A stretch of 64,000 nt of DNA from Octopus vulgaris (taxonomy: Eukaryota). Of the stretch, positions 52,026-64,000 are shown in pieces; the first letter of the stretch is position 1, and each line of letters starts with the position of its first letter. A program made the position numbers and the translations under genes. The notes beneath the pieces are model-generated. The model saw nothing but the letters and a program-made list of their open reading frames with translations, was not told the origin of the DNA and ran no database searches. The stretch spans positions 98,084,001 to 98,148,000 of the forward strand of contig OX597821.1 of the NCBI GenBank assembly GCA_951406725.2, given 5' to 3'.

Positions 52026-53207
52026 TATTATGTAAGGGACAAGCTGACTCTTGCAGAAAGTGGGAACACTGTATCGTTAATAAGCATGGCTTGCCTCAGA
52101 TGCCCTATATGCAGACAAAATATTCAAGTAACACTCCCACAATTTAATGAGTGTTGCACAACCAACTTAGGCTGAAGTTTGCAAAGATTATGAAAAGTCA
52201 AAAAGAATCAAAGTAATGTCAAAAAGAATCAAAGTCAATTCCAAAGAATCAAAGTAAATCACAATCTGATAACAAGAAAGCCAAAACTTTGAAGATACTA
52301 TCAACCTTTTCCTTATAAAAAATGAATAAATTTGTACTTCACTACAACGATATGAGTAATTCTTCAGTTTAATGTTAAACTGTTTTTATATATATAACTT
52401 GACATGAAAATAAACATTGATACGTACACATAATTATGTGTGTACATACACACACATACATACACAAATATTTATACAGATCACATGCATGTGTAGCATT
52501 CATTTAATGAGCTGATAGTGGGTTAGCGTTAAAAGCTGTAGAAACATAAGACAACCACAACAGTAGTAGCAGCAAAAATTAAAAAAAATAAAATAAAAAC
52601 TAATAAAATGCAAGGCATTCCACAATGGGGTCAAAACTGGTAGGACATTGGTAGAAGATATACTAGTATAGGAACTAATGATAACACTGATTCTTTTGCT
52701 CAGGAGTGTGGAAGTAAATGGGAAAAGTTAAAACAAAGAATTTTCTATCTAAATGCTATGACGCATATATATTAGAAGTATTTGACTTTGTATCTTATAA
52801 GAGGAGGAAAAAAAAGTCACGATAGGAAAATAGAACAGTAAAATTGAAGAGAAGATAAGTATAATTAGCTGAGTATTTGATGTGAACATAAAGGATTCAC
52901 TAAGTGTGGGTGGTTAAGATGTCTGGGAATTAAAAGTGGCTAATGTTTCATGAATGATGTTTTGGAAAATAAAATTACTATTTATAGCTTATTTTCTTTA
53001 TACAACTTCAGCATGCTTCCAATGTTGTTAGGGTTAGCTACCTCTAATAGAAAAAAATTAGCCTGACAAATGATAGAAGCGTCTATTAGTCTAAGACCCC
53101 AAATCAATCCTGAGTTCTAAATAATAAATTTATGGCTATTATATTTAAGAGAGAGAGTGTATGTGCGTGTGCACACATGTGCATGTGCACACATGTGCAT
53201 GTGCACA

Positions 53208-53249
<42 letters not shown>

Positions 53250-55386
53250 CAATTTTGCAACTGGACATCTACTCAATAATTAGGACAAGAGATGAGCAGA
53301 GATTATATAATTTTACAGTCCAGGTAAAAGTGAAGTGATTTTATGCTTTTACTTAAGTTACACCAAAAAAAAAAAATCCAACAAATTTCTTAATTCTTTG
53401 AACATGTTAATTCACTGTGTACTCTTTTATTGTTATCAACCATTCAGATGTGGCCATGCTGGAACAAAATCTCATAACTGCCAGCTTGGAATCAAAATCA
53501 TAAAATACAGTTAATCATCATTAACTATATTTTATGATTTTGATCATAATTTCCTAAGTGCTGTTGAAAACAACAATAATAATTTCTTTGTCACTCGGGT
53601 GATGAATGGGGGACATAACAAACAAAAAATATAACAGGAAGCCAACAAACAGCTACAAACTTAAAACTTAGCCCTTATTTGCAAGTGAGTATGATGTAGC
53701 ATGCTTTGTGCTTAACTGTTTTAGGCACCTATGTAATGGCAAGCAGACATAGCAACCCTCTTGGCTCTCCACCCTTAGACGAAGGGGAACATTAAGGATG
53801 TGACAGCTGAGAGGAGACAGGTTTACACCAGAAGTTGGCTGGTACTCTTCAACTGAGTACACAGGAGAAACATGAAATGGTATAGCTTGTTGGCAGACAC
53901 AATGCACTACTCAATCCAGGAATTGAACCCACAACCTTATCCTAATCACTAAGCCATGTGCCTCAGCAAATAGACATAAACAAATAAATAAATACAGTGA
54001 TGTGGGAAAATGCATATTTATACATGTAGTGTGAGTGAAATGGTCAGCCTTTTGACTCTCAAACAGTGTGTGTGAATCAAAAGGTCAACCTTTTGACTCA
54101 TACATTGTGCCAATAAGAAAACTGTGCCCATTCCTTTTTTTTTCTGGACATGTACACAAACGTGTCTGTGTATGTGTGTACGTGCATGCATGTTCACACA
54201 CTGCAGAAGCCATTATTGTAATCAGAGATAATGTTATTAAAATAAGTGAGTCTCATACACGCTAGGGATATTGTTACATCTGCTGCTTGATATAGCAGCA
54301 GGTTATAGTTAATTAAAAAAGATTCATCCCAAAATGATCACAGTAAGTCGGTTCCACTGTGTGTGTGTATGATTGCATATTACTGGTTAACCAGAAAATG
54401 TTTTGAAAAGACACCCACATAAATTGCATATCTGCTTTGAACCACCAAGAGCTGCAGTTAAGTTCTGAACTTTGTGGATCTTAAAATGTCTCTTGCAGAC
54501 TTTATGCAGAGATAGAGATCTTATATAAGACATAGGTGTGTTGTTAAGTTCACTCCACAATCATACGGCTTCAGATTTATTCCCACAGCATAATGGGCAA
54601 ATGTCTTATAGCTTCAACCTGACTAATGCCTGTGCATAAAATCAGTAGCCAAAAACAATACAGAAGACTGTATCATATGTCTGTCTCTTTCCATCTCTGT
54701 TTTGATATTGCTTACATGTTTAGAGCATGAAACAATGTCAACATTTAGTAATGTCAATAATTTACACCTATAGCAAAGACAAGTCTGGCAACTGCATGAT
54801 TCAAGGTGTGAAAGACTGGAGAATAAATACTTCATTCGGAAATAAGGATTGCTGAAATGATGGTGCATCTAGCTGTAAAAAAATTACTCCAACAAGGTAT
54901 GTTTAATGCATGTTAGCATAGAAAAAAAATGTAAACTCAATGATGAAGATTATGCTATATACATAAAAAAAATATAGGTATTGCTGAAGTTTAAAAAAGC
55001 TGCTTTTCCAGCAATGTGGTTTGGAGTTCAGACTCACTGTGCAGCATCTTGGACAGGTGTCCATTACTATAGCCCCAGACATCGGCATGAGGAAACCACT
55101 AAATCAGCAGGAAATTCAAATCCTCAACCACAAGAGACAGCACTAAAGAAGGTGTGTGTCTTTACATTGCTGCTGTTACTTCCAAAACCCCCATGAGTTA
55201 CAGTATCATTGTTGTCATCTCTCCTGTCAAATCATCCACTGGCTTTACGCCTTTAAGGACATGTAAAGTAAGAGATCTCCAACTTGAGAAGCAGGTAACA
55301 GTTAGCAACAGGAAGGGTGTTCAGTTGCAAAATAATGATTAAATAATAGTCATCTAACACAAGATAGCATGAAAGATAGACTAAAG

Positions 55387-55389
<3 letters not shown>

Positions 55390-55441
<52 letters not shown>

Positions 55442-55472
55442 CGTGCGTGAGAGAGAGAGAGAGAGAGAGAGA
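55390..55472. repeat. (GT)n(GCGT)n(GA)n microsatellite
   Basis: Direct reading. Confidence 0.95.
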
Positions 55473-58441
55473 TCAAAGTTTTCACTTTTGCAAAATTCAA
55501 GCACTAACAGAATAGGACAGGGTTCTCTTGTTAGTACAGCTCATGCAATTCGTGGATATATGAAATAACTAATGTATGGGGGAGGGGTGTTAAACATGCA
55601 TTCATGTAGTGGGTGTGCATGTCAATTTAGTACACATGTTTATGCATTGTAAGTGTCTGTATTTCAAGAGGATGGGTGTAGTGTGTGTGTGCATCCACTA
55701 AGAAGATACATGGCTCAGTCATCAGATCAAAGACTCAATTCCTCAAAAGAATGGCACACTGTGTCCTTAGGTACATCATTTCACATAGCTCTAGTCTATT
55801 CTGATGAAAATGAGTATCAGGTGCAGTTCTTTCTACCTCCAGCTATCCTTAATGTAATGCTGAGTGGAAGCTGGGAAAGTCAGGGAATGTCTGTCAACTC
55901 ATGACTACACAATCACCTAAAACAATTAGTGAAAACAGGATACAAACTATTAGATCATATTCATCTGTGAGTGGCAGTTAAGAATGTCAGAGAGTATGTG
56001 AGTGAGTGTGTGAGACACACATGCACATTCATGAGCACACACACCCACACAAATGTATATGTAAAAGGTGTGGTTTCAAGAGCATCTAGTTAGAGAAACC
56101 AAGCCAAAACTGAAACTTTGGAACAAGACTTCGTCCTCCAGCCTGACAGATCCTGTCAACTCAGTAGATGTAAAATGATAATACACACAGACATTAATTT
56201 TCTATGACTTTAAAGAATAATGGTAGTTGCAACCCATTTAATCCAAACAATTTCAAGGGCTCCACAGGAAATTTTATCATTTGTAAATCAAATACATTCT
56301 TTGACAGAAGTCATCTCTCTCCAAGGTAATACTTACAAGGAGAAACTAAACTACACAGGGTAACAAATCACCAATTATAGGTCTGTTGCTGCTGCTCATA
56401 ACAGTGTGTTGTTTCTACTTTACAGTAGCTATTAACAGCAATGTGGTCTGGGACCAATTAAGAGATAAATATCTTACACAGTGACAGTGACAAGATACAG
56501 AACTATTGGTTGATTGCCAGGTATCATGTTGACTTTCAGAAACAATTTTATAGTGTCAAATGTATTAACAATCCAATTTATGACACAAATATCAAATATA
56601 AAAGAATAACAAATAAATATGATCAGATAGACAGGGGTAGAATTGAGTAGTAATGTTAGAATTTCAGAGTTAAATAGAAGCAATACAATACAGAAGTAGT
56701 ATTGTATATAAACATTACATAAATATCAGGCATGATGATTTGAACAGAATTTTGTTTGATCAAGATTAGATGTGGCTATCCTATCAAAAACACTGACCCA
56801 GTCGACTTATGATCAATGGCATTGCAGCTGTAGCTAACTCAACATTTTTCAACCATACTGTATCTAAGATTCCATTATCCAATGTGTCCTTTCTTTTCCA
56901 GACAGTAGGATATGATTTGGCTATTTCTTGCAAGATGTAAAGATTTCCTTATAGGCTTGGCTTTAAAAATGTTGATAGGTTTAATCACACTGAATAGGTC
57001 CAGTGAGTGTATAAAAACTCTCTCACTAGTTTTTCAGGCTCTTTTATTAAAGAAAGTGAAGCAATTTTACACAGAAAACCCTATATCTAAAAAGGAGTTT
57101 GTTGCAGAAGACCTGGATACTGAGCAGATCATACTGGCATAGTGTGCATTATTTCCATGATAGTTCCCACCAGAGACTGTCTTAAATTCCAAACACCAGC
57201 TTAATATACCATATACTAAAAACATTGTTTTGCTAAATCTGCCCAAATTCTCAAATGCCCTGTAAAGAATCATAGATGCTGCTTTTCCCCCTCTAAGTCA
57301 TTGAAATTATTTTTTATAATATTATAATAGGTAAATGTAAATCTAAGCATCTCATTTTGCTGCATTAATTGCATGAGAATCAAATTCTCCAGATAAAATA
57401 TAAAAGCCTCCTGAGTTCTGTCAAACTTTTAAGAAGTTAGGGTTTAACTTCAGCTTCATAGCTTGTAGCTGATGAGAGCTAAATCTACCCCTTAATAGGA
57501 CACCAATCAATCACAGGGGATATTCCAAACAGACAGGTAGTTGAACTGATGCAATATAAGATAAAAATGCTCTGAAAGAAACACAACAAGTGCAGTAGAT
57601 TTAAACTCAAGACTTTTGAGCAAGTAAACCATTACCATATCCAATCAGTAAATTATTCCCTTTTCATTTTAGCAAAAGATAGTAGAGAGGGTTGAGTTAT
57701 AAATGTTGCTATAAAAGTAAATGTCAAACTCAGTCTAGTTTGATTCTTCAATGGTTAATCACTATACACAAGAGGTGCACAGCTTCATACAATTGACTCA
57801 GTTATGAGTCAAACTAACAACCAAAGGTTCATATTTAACTGAGGCAATACCGTGCATAGTCCAGTCCATTTGATGATAGATAAGTACCCAGAAGTGCTAT
57901 AGATAAATAAGCGATTTGTAAGATTCCAATGCCAAGTTCAAGTTCTCAGAGAGGCTTCAAATAATAATAGAGGCAATCCACCAATTATTTCAACCAATGT
58001 TAATAATACAAATTTAAGTAACTCCCACCAAATGAACTGGATACAACCTATCCTGTTGGTGAATTCTCAAGCAGATATTAAGTGCCTTAATTAAAATAAC
58101 AGTAAACCACATTATAGTATCTAATATTAAGAGAGGAAATGGCATGTGCTCTGTAGCACAACTGCTAATCCAGTTGCCCAACAAACAATATATTCATGGC
58201 CAGGGTCTTGTCAGTAGGATTACTATTTTTCTGTTTCAAACTAGCATTTAAATATCTAATATGAAGATTAGTTATTGTATGACAAGCTTATAAATCTTCA
58301 TTTCAAATTCACTCCTGGCTCTTTCATTCATTGTGCATTTCCCTTTGTGGGAAAGCAAATCTACCTACATCACTTCACTGAGTTATCTAAAATGAGCAAC
58401 AGATCTTTAGAGAATACTGCTGTACATCAAACTAGCATCCT

Positions 58442-58478
<37 letters not shown>

Positions 58479-58480
58479 TA

Positions 58481-58650
58481 CAAGGGTTAGACAAAATAAT
58501 GGAAACACCTTAAAATTTCAAACAAATTTATTTTAATATAGGGTAGGACTGCCTTTGGCAGTAATTACAGCTTGAATCCTACAACATATGGACTTGTACA
58601 AAGTTTGAATTGTTTCCAAAGGAATTTTTGTCCATTCTTCAGCTATAACA
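58481..58650 (-). mobile_element. Tc1-like element 3' end (TIR plus transposase C-terminus)
   Basis: TA|caagggttagacaaaataatggaaacacc. Minus translation EEWTKIPLETIQTLYKSICCRIQAVITAKGSPTLY*. Confidence 0.85.
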
Positions 58651-59346
58651 GAAGTTACATTGCGATGTGTAGGCTAACCTACGACAAACTCTTGAATGCA
58701 GTTTTGGGGGTTTAATATACTGAATAAGTATAATATACTTGTTAAATCTAATATAAGTGGTAATGTATATCTATTTTACTTTTAATTTGATTAAACATAC
58801 TTCTCTGAAATATTTAGTAAAAATTCCAATAGTAACCTATTGGACTGGGCTTGAAGTATAACATATTGTCTTGGGGTAATGACACCTCAAGTGTACTTGG
58901 TTGTCATATAAACTTTCTATATATAGTAATATGTAGGTTCTCCTTGTGTTTATGTCATGAGTACTGACCATATATTTATGCAATTAATGATGATGTAACA
59001 ATTTTAGATGGAATTTGATATAATATATTTTAATAATCTTCAGTTTTATTAACAGGCATATGCTCAACTACTTGATATGTATAGCTGCCCTCTCCATGTT
59101 TTATCTATAACATTCTCAACTCACTAGTTTTTTATCTATCTTTCTCTCTGTAGTATCTATGCTACTTCTTAGCTACTATAATGCCATCAATGAACTATTG
59201 TGTATTATATCTGCACAAACACAAATATGTTGAATGTGTTTGTTTATACATATATGGTAATAACAACTTTCTAAGAAACACTTGCATTCAAGAAAACACA
59301 TATCTGACTTTATCATAGGTTAGCCTACACATCGCAATGTAACTTC
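58651..59346. mobile_element. Unclassified 696-bp MITE-like element with 41-bp inverted termini
   Basis: gaagttacattgcgatgtgtaggctaacctacgacaaactc versus the right end read inward, gaagttacattgcgatgtgtaggctaacctatgataaagtc. The first 31 nt are identical. Confidence 0.8.
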
Positions 59347-59664
59347 CTTTTGGAAATTCTCCCTGAAGAAATACCCAATTGACTGGTTTCAAATACGAGA
59401 ATTTGAATTTTATTTCTGTAATTGAAATGGTTGGGTGTAGAAACAGCTGTAGGTAGGAATTTCTCTACAAGAATTGGAATGTCTTTGAATAAATAACGTC
59501 TGTACCTCAATTTTTTCTATTTTCTTCATTTTCTCATTCATAAAGTTTTTTAATACCTATGCATTTCAATGACAGACTAATATACTTGGTTTTCACTGTA
59601 CACTGGTATAAACCAGAGAACTAAGATGCTTGCATCACTTAAGAGACTTTAGTTCTTTGACTAC

Positions 59665-59714
<50 letters not shown>

Positions 59715-59729
59715 TGCGTGTGAGTGTGT

Positions 59730-59994
59730 GGAGGCACATGGCCTATTGGTTAGAGCAGTGGACTTGCGGTTGAGGGATCACGGGTCCAAATCTCAGACCA
59801 GGCGATGAGTGTGTTTATGAGCGAAACACCTACGCTCCATGCGGCTCCAGCAGAAGGTAATGATGAACTTCTGCTGATTCTTTCCTCCTGCATCTTGAAG
59901 CTTACCAGTGACGGACTGGCGTCCCGTCAAGGTGGGGAGTCTATGTGCCAAGGAAACCAGCCCTGTGAGCCAGGCGTGGCTCGAGAAGGAACAA
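59730..59994 (+). mobile_element. tRNA-derived SINE type D with V-domain-like segment
   Basis: A box tggcctattggttagagc and B-box-like gggtccaaatc. gacggactggcgtcccgtcaaggtg resembles the V-SINE core (from memory). Confidence 0.75.
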
Positions 59995-60812
59995 ACATAT
60001 ATATGTATGTTTACATACATACATGCATACACACATATATATATATATATATATATAAATATATATATGGATGGATGTGTACATACATACATACATCATC
60101 TGCTTATTGTTAACCAAGGGTGCAGAATTAAATTCAATCCATGGAAAATGCTGCTCCCAATAGTCCAGCATCTTATTTAGTAGGAAAACCAAAGAGAAGC
60201 ATAGGTGCTATGCATTGATTCACTTCAGAAAGATTAGCTATTTGTTCCTCACATCACTAAGATGGAGCTGAAACAGAGGATTCAATATGAAGAAACACTT
60301 GCAGAAAATTTGAACTCAAAATGCCTTATTCACTCTACTACTTTGCTTCTATCCCCAACATTAAAAGGCAAAGCGTATCATCACTCCAAACCATTTCATA
60401 GTAACTCTAAAATAAAATAAAAATTTAACTAACTACATAGTTGCTAATATGTTTTCTTTTTGTCTTTCTCTTTTATTACAGCATATATATATATATCACA
60501 AATGTGGTCAGAAAACGGAATAGTCAGACTAATTACTGGTACTTTCATCATGATTGTACTACATTTACGCCTGCATTTAGATGATCATTATGAATGGTTG
60601 TGAATCAGAATGAAATGTCAAACATCTCAGTAATGTGAGCGTGAAACATTAAGAGGACAAAACTGTATAAAAGCTACCTCCAATTTTGTACTTACAGGCT
60701 GCTAGTTTTGTCAGACTGTAAAATTAGTACAGTTATGTAGCTTGTATTTGTGGAAACATATTGTTATATATACATACGTATTTATACCAAATATAATCAG
60801 ATATGCATATAT

Positions 60813-61050
60813 ATCATCATCGTCGTCATCGTTTAACATCTGCTTTCCATGCTGGTATGGGTTGGACAGCTTGACTGAGGGCTGGCAAGCCAGAAAGCTG
60901 CACCAGGCTCCAATCTGATCTGGCAAAGTTTCTACAGCTGGATGCCTTTCCTAACACCAACCACTCCGAGAGTGTAGTGGGTGCTTTTTATATGCCATGA
61001 GGGCCAGTCAGGCGGTACTGGCATCGACCATGCTTGAATGGTGCTTTCTG
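60813..61050 (-). mobile_element. RTE LINE 3' tail fragment
   Basis: Matches 42166-42400. Confidence 0.85.
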
Positions 61051-61093
61051 CATACCAGCGGCTGTACACACACACAAACATATATATAGATAG

Positions 61094-61131
<38 letters not shown>

Positions 61132-61727
61132 GAGAGAGAAAAAGAGAGAACATATGTACATGCACATAGATACAGCATCATTTTTCACCCATTTTTCCAA
61201 ATTAATGAAGGTTGGATGGACAAGTCTTCTTCACTAGAGGCCACCTATTATAGTAACCTCATCACTTTTGTTAGGTTCAGCTTCCTAAAAGAAAGTTTTC
61301 AACACGTCTTCCTATGTCTATGGTGATATACAGAAGAATAAGTACAAAGTTCTTCTGTTAGTTTTGAAAATATGTACCCCAGTTGGTCAAACTTTCTAAT
61401 CTGTTTCCTACACAACTAATGGTGAGGCTAAAACACAGAATTTAAGTGTCTTGCTTAGAATCATGATGAAATACTAGCAGAAAACTTGAACTCAAGACCC
61501 AATAAACACTAGCTGAATGCCTTATTTCCTCTGCCACTTTCCTTGTACCTAAGCATTAAACAGGAATGTATATCATCACCCCAACCTCCTCACATTAGCT
61601 AATAAAATAAAATATGAATAAAAAAGAATTGAACCAACTACACAGAAAACCCACCAAACCGATAAAAATGAATGTATGACGATATTTTTATGTTTGAGTA
61701 TGCGTGTGTATGTGTATATATATATAT

Positions 61728-61935
61728 GGCGAGCTGGCAAAAACGTTAGCACGCCGGGCGAAATGCGTAGCCGTATTTCGTCTGCCGTTATGTTCTGAAT
61801 TCAAATTCCGCCAAGGTCGACTTTGTCTTTCATCCTTTCGGGGTCAATTAATAAAGTACCAGTTTCGCACTGGGGTCGATGTAATCAACTTAATCATTTG
61901 TCTCTCTTTGTTTGTCCTCTGTGTGGGCAATAAAG
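61728..61935 (+). mobile_element. Young SINE type C
   Basis: ggcgagctggcaaaaacgttagcacgccgggcg...ttcaaattccgcc...tttcatcctttcggggtc...agtaccag. CpG-rich. Confidence 0.9.
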
Positions 61936-61953
61936 AAATATATATATATACAT

Positions 61954-62146
61954 GATAGATCGTTAGCTCCTACACGCATTTTTTTTCGCTCCTTGTTTTT
62001 TTTCTGTGTATCTTTCTGTCGAAGAGCGTAGGCTCGAAACGTAAAAGACTTGTTCTATTTCTATTCCTGAGCGCCATACTAATACATTTGTTTGCTTGTA
62101 CTCCACCTGCCTTCATCTTTTGTTTATTTTCGTAAACCTTCCCGTT
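61954..62146 (+). mobile_element. Penelope-like terminal repeat fragment between (TA)n tracts
   Basis: T-rich segment carrying a minimal hammerhead motif. Confidence 0.65.
62011..62048 (+). ncRNA. Minimal type I hammerhead ribozyme-like motif with variant core
   Basis: tcttt-CTGTCGA-a-gagc(gtag)gctc-GAA-ac-gt-A-aaaga: stem I TCTTT/AAAGA, stem II GAGC/GCTC, palindromic stem III ACGT, cleavage triplet GUA. Confidence 0.65.
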
Positions 62147-62434
62147 ATATATATATATATATATATATGTATGGATATTTACTTATGTTTATGTGTGTGT
62201 ATATGCATTAGTGCATGCCAAAACACCTACAGAACTACTTCACTGCTTGATGAAACATTGACTCCTGCATTTGGAGATTGAGTACAGTAATACCCTCAGC
62301 ACATAAGCGTTTACCCTAATCTATATAGCTACTTACATATGCACACACACACACAGATAAACAGACGGATGACAGATAGACAGATAGCTTATGCACACTA
62401 CAACATGGATCAGAAAAACTAAATAAATTTAGGA

Positions 62435-62810
62435 TGTGGCTATGCTGTTAAGAAGTTTGATTCCCATCTACATGGTTTAGGCTTCAGTCCTACTTTGGGT
62501 ATGGCACCTTGGGCAAGTATCTTCGATTATAACCCTACAAGAAGATTTGGTAGACACATGACAGTCTTTTGTCTGTCTGCCGTGTGTGTGTGTCTCCTTA
62601 TATTGACATCGCATAAAAGTTACAAATAAGCATCACTGTCATACAAGTAGTGACATTTGTTTTCAATAGTCTACCCAAATGTTTGACAATGTTTGACCTT
62701 GCATGAAAACAGATGAGGGCTGGTGATAGGATGGGCAACCAGCCATAAAAAATCTGCTTCAATAAACTGTCTAACCCATGCAAGCATAGAAAAGTGGACA
62801 TTAGAGAAAA
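62435..62810 (+). mobile_element. SINE type B (shared head, RTE-like tail), degenerate
   Basis: Head as at 25409. End aacccatgcaagcatagaaaagtggacatta. Confidence 0.75.
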
Positions 62811-62929
62811 TAAAAAATGATTACAATGCCTAGTTGTAAGTGAAAGGGATATTAACTCATTCTTTCTATGCATTTGATATGTAGAAAAAACGAGCAGTGT
62901 GTGTGAACACGCATGCACATGTGTATGCA

Positions 62930-62964
<35 letters not shown>

Positions 62965-63397
62965 ACGTGTGTCTGTGTGTATACATTCACATATATGCAC
63001 AAAATGAGAGAGTAAAATTTGATCAGAAAAGGTTTACTGAAGGATTATTATAGCAATGATCTTGCAACTGATTTATCTTTCTGGGTATGGTTTTATGTTG
63101 GTGTAGGTTAATTTATATTAACAGCAGCAAGGATAGAGAAGAGGTCTGCTTCAGTAAGTGCCATCAGATTTACTGAAAACTGACTGGGGAAAAAAATTCA
63201 AAATTCAGAGGTCATTGGTTTAAATTCTTGATGGGTGATGCATGGTTATCTGTAAACTGGGGTAATGAAGATATCGAATACAAGTTATAAAAGTATATAA
63301 CTAGAGACAGGAATGAGCACACATCCCCCTCCCTGAAAGAATGTATAGCTGCTCTGAAAAGCCAAATAAATAAAAAATATTTAACAAGTTGACAGAT

Positions 63398-63428
<31 letters not shown>

Positions 63429-63767
63429 GACAGGTCTTGGTAGCCATTATTATTTTTGCGGGGAGGGTGTTTGTTTTTTAAGTCAGAATTATTCACTTCT
63501 AAAATACACACACACACAGACATAATAGTAGTTAATAACAGCAGTAGAAACTTTTTTTTTTTGATAATTTATTAGATTTTAAATATAATGAATAATGATT
63601 TTTGACATACAGAGAAAACCACAACTCTGCTAGGGAGTTGCTGTTTATTAAACTGACCCTTGAACTTTTTTTGACACTCTCTCCCTGTAAAGATGAAAGG
63701 CATCTTGTCTGACACTCTACCAATTCTCTCATCCCCAGCCCTAATAATAAGTTCATTAAAACATTAT

Positions 63768-63843
63768 TGTTCCTCACCACAAAATTTGTGACCTTGTGCC
63801 AATATTAATTGGCACAAGGTCACAAATTCTGTGGTGAGGAACA
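63768..63843. repeat. Near-perfect inverted repeat, 36-bp arms with 4-nt loop
   Basis: tgttcctcaccacaaaatttgtgaccttgtgccaat-atta-attggcacaaggtcacaaattctgtggtgaggaaca, one mismatch. Confidence 0.93.
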
Positions 63844-64000
63844 GTTGATTATATTGACCCCAGTACTTGATTATTTGAGTCTGTAGACCATAGAAGAATG
63901 AATGATGGCACAGAGGATATGATTTTAAAGAGGGGAGAATAGCCAATTATATACTTGAACTGGTACTTATTTTAAGATAAAAGGCAAATTTGACCCCAGC

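Noticed and set aside
53165-53212. Palindromic tgtgcacacatgtgca run
   Set aside because: Low-complexity alternating purine-pyrimidine sequence that is self-complementary by composition.
56478-56527. Candidate signal-peptide exon MIPGNQPIVLYLVTVT
   Set aside because: It ends in phase 2 rather than the required phase 1, and the donor is weak.

Overview
AT-rich, microsatellite- and transposon-dense animal DNA. The SINE, RTE, Dong, Penelope and mariner repertoire looks like an octopus genome (inferred from recognised repeat types, not searched). The one host gene I can support is on the minus strand with very large introns. Five phase-1 exons (38025-37993, 30634-30590, 6130-5891, 3032-2901, 71-<1) splice in frame to give ...RILAYHYWNHDISDSLQHSDGRWVPKNK + kringle + MEGF10/SREC-type EGF repeats, and the gene runs off the left edge. 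Its first coding exon was not located. The rest is intronic or upstream DNA holding tRNA-derived SINEs (at least 4 types), RTE, CR1/L2-group and R4/Dong LINE fragments, Penelope-like ends with hammerhead motifs, five mariner relics, Tc1 fragments, Helitrons, and hAT and piggyBac-type MITEs. Most ORFs in the supplied track are microsatellite or repeat artefacts. The most notable observations are: one SINE head joined to two different LINE tails, with both LINE types present and a structurally conserved stem-loop; a variant minimal hammerhead ribozyme; two microexons; near-perfect hairpins; and inverted young repeats that could form dsRNA. All alignments were done by eye, so boundaries of degenerate repeats are approximate.
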